In this document: positions 61,927 through 64,000 of the stretch, in pieces
Position numbering within the stretch: position 1 is the first letter of the stretch
How the letters are laid out: every line of letters starts with the position of its first letter
Origin: a virus
IMG/VR virus record: IMGVR_UViG_3300045988_159857
Span: 32,001-96,000 of that record
Direction: 5' to 3' (one strand)
Length of the DNA: 64,000 nt
Translations under genes and position numbers: made by a program
The notes under the pieces: generated by a model
The model's input: the letters and a program-made list of their open reading frames with translations, nothing else
Database searches by the model: none
What the model was told of the DNA's origin: nothing

Positions 61927-62589
61927 TTAAACTCCTCTCATATCAACAGGCCAAATAAATTTATGCAGCTGTAACTGCATTCTAATATCATTGAGTGAAT
62001 GAAATTGTAGATATTCTACAATTTCCTTTGGTTCAATATCACCAAAAATAGGACTTACAAATATCTGACAAACAGGATTATATGTTGTAACTATTGATTT
62101 CATCTGTTCGAGGTCTTCTTTGTTCCCTACAACGAATTTAAAAACATCCTTTGGTCTAACAAAACTTAAATTTTCAACTAACATTTTATCAGCCATTCCA
62201 GATGAGTGTGACTTCCAGTCAACAGTATACATAAGATTATCAAGTAAGTGAACAGGTAATTTATTAGACAATTCATTTATTGATAAACTTCCATTTGTTT
62301 CAATATTTACTTCATAACCATTCGTCAAAAGTTCTTTAACAAGTACATCAACATCTTTATGGATAAGAGGTTCTCCCCCTGTTAATGTTACCTTTTTACA
62401 TTTATAACCATTAACAGCGTTAATTATTTCTTCTATTGACATTTCAGTATAATCGTTATTCGTAAAAGCATAAACTGAATCGCAATAAGAACATCTAAGA
62501 TTACAACCGTAAAGTCTGATGAATGTTGCTAAATAACCGGCTCTTGAGCCTTCTCCTTCTATACTATTGAATATTTCAACTACTTTCAT
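61927..62589 (-). CDS. queE: 7-carboxy-7-deazaguanine synthase (radical SAM)
   Basis: FIRLYGCNLRCSYCDS and TLTGGEPL. Confidence 0.85.
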   Translation of the reverse strand: MKVVEIFNSIEGEGSRAGYLATFIRLYGCNLRCSYCDSVYAFTNNDYTEMSIEEIINAVNGYKCKKVTLTGGEPLIHKDVDVLVKELLTNGYEVNIETNGSLSINELSNKLPVHLLDNLMYTVDWKSHSSGMADKMLVENLSFVRPKDVFKFVVGNKEDLEQMKSIVTTYNPVCQIFVSPIFGDIEPKEIVEYLQFHSLNDIRMQLQLHKFIWPVDMRGV

Positions 62590-63029
62590 TTAATTCCTCC
62601 AATTTTAGATATAGCAATATTATTTTCAGTTTCCTGAACCGCTACAGAAATTACTTTACACTTTTCATCAATTTCTTTAAGTTTTGTTTCAAGTATTTCT
62701 CTAAATACTTTTGACATCCATTCCGCTGTTGGGTTATCGTCAACAATGTGTACTTTTTTACAGTTAGCAAAAATTACTGAAGCTATAGGGTCATTAGATT
62801 TAAGAATACATGAATGGTCATAAACATTCTCAATATTTTCTCTGATAACTTTTTTCAACAACTTGAAATCAATTACCATACCAGCGTCATTTAATTCATC
62901 TCTACCAACAACTACTGTTACCTTATATGAATGTCCGTGAAGATTATTCCTACACTCTTCAGAATATGTATTGACATCATATAGTCTATGAGCTGCTTCA
63001 AAAGATATTTTAGTTTCAACTGAATACAT
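62586..63029 (-). CDS. queD: 6-carboxy-5,6,7,8-tetrahydropterin synthase
   Basis: FEAAHRL..LHGHSYKV..AEW motifs of the PTPS/QueD family. Confidence 0.85.
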   Translation of the reverse strand: MYSVETKISFEAAHRLYDVNTYSEECRNNLHGHSYKVTVVVGRDELNDAGMVIDFKLLKKVIRENIENVYDHSCILKSNDPIASVIFANCKKVHIVDDNPTAEWMSKVFREILETKLKEIDEKCKVISVAVQETENNIAISKIGGIK

Positions 63030-63061
63030 TTTGTCTCTCCTTATTAAATAAATTTTAATTT

Positions 63062-63094
63062 ATTATATAATTATGCTTTACATAATTCAACTAA
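63062..63094 (-). promoter_or_regulatory. SigA-type promoter (TTAGTTGA family)
   Basis: TTAG+TTGAAT (63085-63090), 17-nt spacer, TATAAT (63062-63067). Confidence 0.7.
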
Positions 63095-63187
63095 AATATG
63101 TTTACAATTTAGTTAATTTTTGTGTTTTAGACAACTTCTACATAAGTTGTCTTAATAATATATATCTGACACATTACCTCTACATTT

Positions 63188-63221
63188 AATATATGATATT
63201 TTTTGGTAGTTCGTCAACTAA
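63188..63221 (-). promoter_or_regulatory. SigA-type promoter (TTAGTTGA family), tandem upstream copy
   Basis: TTAG+TTGACG (63212-63217), 18-nt spacer, TATATT (63188-63193). Confidence 0.5.
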
Positions 63222-63245
63222 AAATTAGAATTTTTTGAAATAAAG

Positions 63246-63279
63246 TAGAAAAATAGGTAGTATTTAAAAAATACTACCT
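63246..63279 (-). terminator. rho-independent terminator
   Basis: 10-bp stem AGGTAGTATT/AATACTACCT (63255-63264/63270-63279), then ATTTTTCT on the minus strand. Confidence 0.7.
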
Positions 63280-64000
63280 TAATTCACAAATATACTTCTT
63301 TAAAGACGCTATTGAATCTTTTGTTATTTCGTTATCTACAACAAATTCCGATAAAGCTTTTTTATCGGTTATTATACTTAAAACTTTTTCGTCAACTGTG
63401 TTTGTACATACTAGGTTATATATAAACACTGGATTTTTACTACCGATTCGATGTATTCTATCACAAGCTTGTTTAAACGCTCCGTCTGTCCAAGGGGTAT
63501 CTATGAAAATCATATATCTAGCTCTATTTAATGTTAAACCGGTCCCACACTTTTGCCAAGTACCTATAAATACTTGATGTTCATTATCTTGTTGAAACAT
63601 ATCAATACTTGTAGATAATTCTACATCATCAGTTTCACCTGTTCCAATAACAGGATTATATTTTGATAACTTATCTTTCAATACATTTACAGTATCCTTA
63701 AATGTGCTAAATATTACAACTTTTTCACCTGTTTTAACAAGTTGTTCAGTTAACTCACAAGCTCTTTCTATCTTAACAGAAGGAACATCACTCGTTGTCA
63801 AAATTGAGGGACAAGCAGTAGCTTGTCTTAATCTTAATATGAGTGCTAAGGTGTCTGTGTAAGTTAACTTTACTTTATCTACCTCACTTTTAACTCCGTT
63901 AACTACATCTTCATAAAATTGTGTTTGTTTATCAGACATATCAACATATTCGGTAATAACGTTCTTTTCGGGTAAATCTAATAAATCTTTTTTTCTTCTT
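63274..64000 (-). CDS. SNF2/Rad54-family helicase, C-terminal part (5' end beyond window)
   Basis: Helicase-C motifs KVVIFSTF, GGTGLTLNRA and QACDRIHRIGS. The frame is open upstream of the track Met: ..RRKKDLLDLPEKNVITEYVDMSDKQ. Confidence 0.85.
   Translation of the reverse strand, partial: RRKKDLLDLPEKNVITEYVDMSDKQTQFYEDVVNGVKSEVDKVKLTYTDTLALILRLRQATACPSILTTSDVPSVKIERACELTEQLVKTGEKVVIFSTFKDTVNVLKDKLSKYNPVIGTGETDDVELSTSIDMFQQDNEHQVFIGTWQKCGTGLTLNRARYMIFIDTPWTDGAFKQACDRIHRIGSKNPVFIYNLVCTNTVDEKVLSIITDKKALSEFVVDNEITKDSIASLKKYICELR

Noticed and set aside
46-61958. All plus-strand ORFs in the track (for example 46..372, 789..1034, 7131..7436, 18583..18930, 32511..32786, 52483..52788).
   Set aside because: - Each lies antisense to a longer, motif-bearing minus-strand gene.
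- They are low-complexity (F/L/I/S-rich) and lack GGAGG sites.
- They are typical shadow ORFs of an AT-rich genome.
63030-63181. Canonical preQ1-I riboswitch upstream of queD.
   Set aside because: - The proximal promoter leaves only a leader of about 25 nt.
- The distal leader hairpin has a 9-bp stem and a 6-nt loop, with no loop-tail pseudoknot partner.
- It is kept only as a low-interest finding.
1-64000. CRISPR arrays, integrase/attachment sites, transposases and toxin-antitoxin pairs.
   Set aside because: - No regularly spaced direct repeats were seen.
- No recombinase or transposase motifs were seen in any frame.
- The only mobile-type gene found is the endonuclease-like ORF in nrdD.

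Overview
The window is a strongly AT-rich piece of a large tailed-phage genome with Firmicutes-style GGAGG ribosome-binding sites. About 100 genes are tightly packed and all lie on the minus strand. Every plus-strand ORF in the track looks like an antisense shadow.

Layout from left to right:
- 1-9.5 kb: a truncated tail-fibre-like gene, then many small early-type genes, including a ThyX-fold protein, a disrupted YopX gene and dUTPase.
- 9.5-11.5 kb: a tRNA array with 7 tRNAs, one aberrant tRNA-like gene and long structured spacers.
- 15-19 kb: a nucleic-acid repair block with an ATP-dependent DNA ligase, a polynucleotide kinase fused to an HD domain, and an Rnl1-type RNA ligase.
- 20-25 kb: a phosphatase, a 5'-nucleotidase, an isolated tRNA-Gln and a GH25/CW_7/LysM endolysin.
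- 25.5-29.6 kb: an anaerobic ribonucleotide reductase module. nrdD is split by an endonuclease-like gene. NrdG, NrdH-like and ferredoxin:thioredoxin-reductase-like proteins sit alongside.
- 30-33 kb: an SSB-like protein, tail-fibre-like genes and a peptide deformylase.
- 38-60 kb: a large replication and recombination block with SbcCD, a methyltransferase, clamp loader, HD hydrolase, RecA-like recombinase, RecU-like resolvase, beta clamp, split PolA, SSB, primase, DnaB and its loader.

The most notable system is a two-part 7-deazaguanine gene set that flanks the replisome genes. One part is dpdA-like, queC, yhhQ and a QueF-fold gene at 49.7-52.8 kb. The other is folE-queE-queD at 61.3-63.0 kb.

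Transcription appears to be organised by about 23 copies of a conserved promoter, TTAGTTGA(W)(W)-N17/18-TATAAT, often fused to hairpin terminators.

Limits: all calls come from reading the sequence and ORF translations by eye. No searches were run. Hand-derived RNA and promoter coordinates may be off by 1-2 nt.
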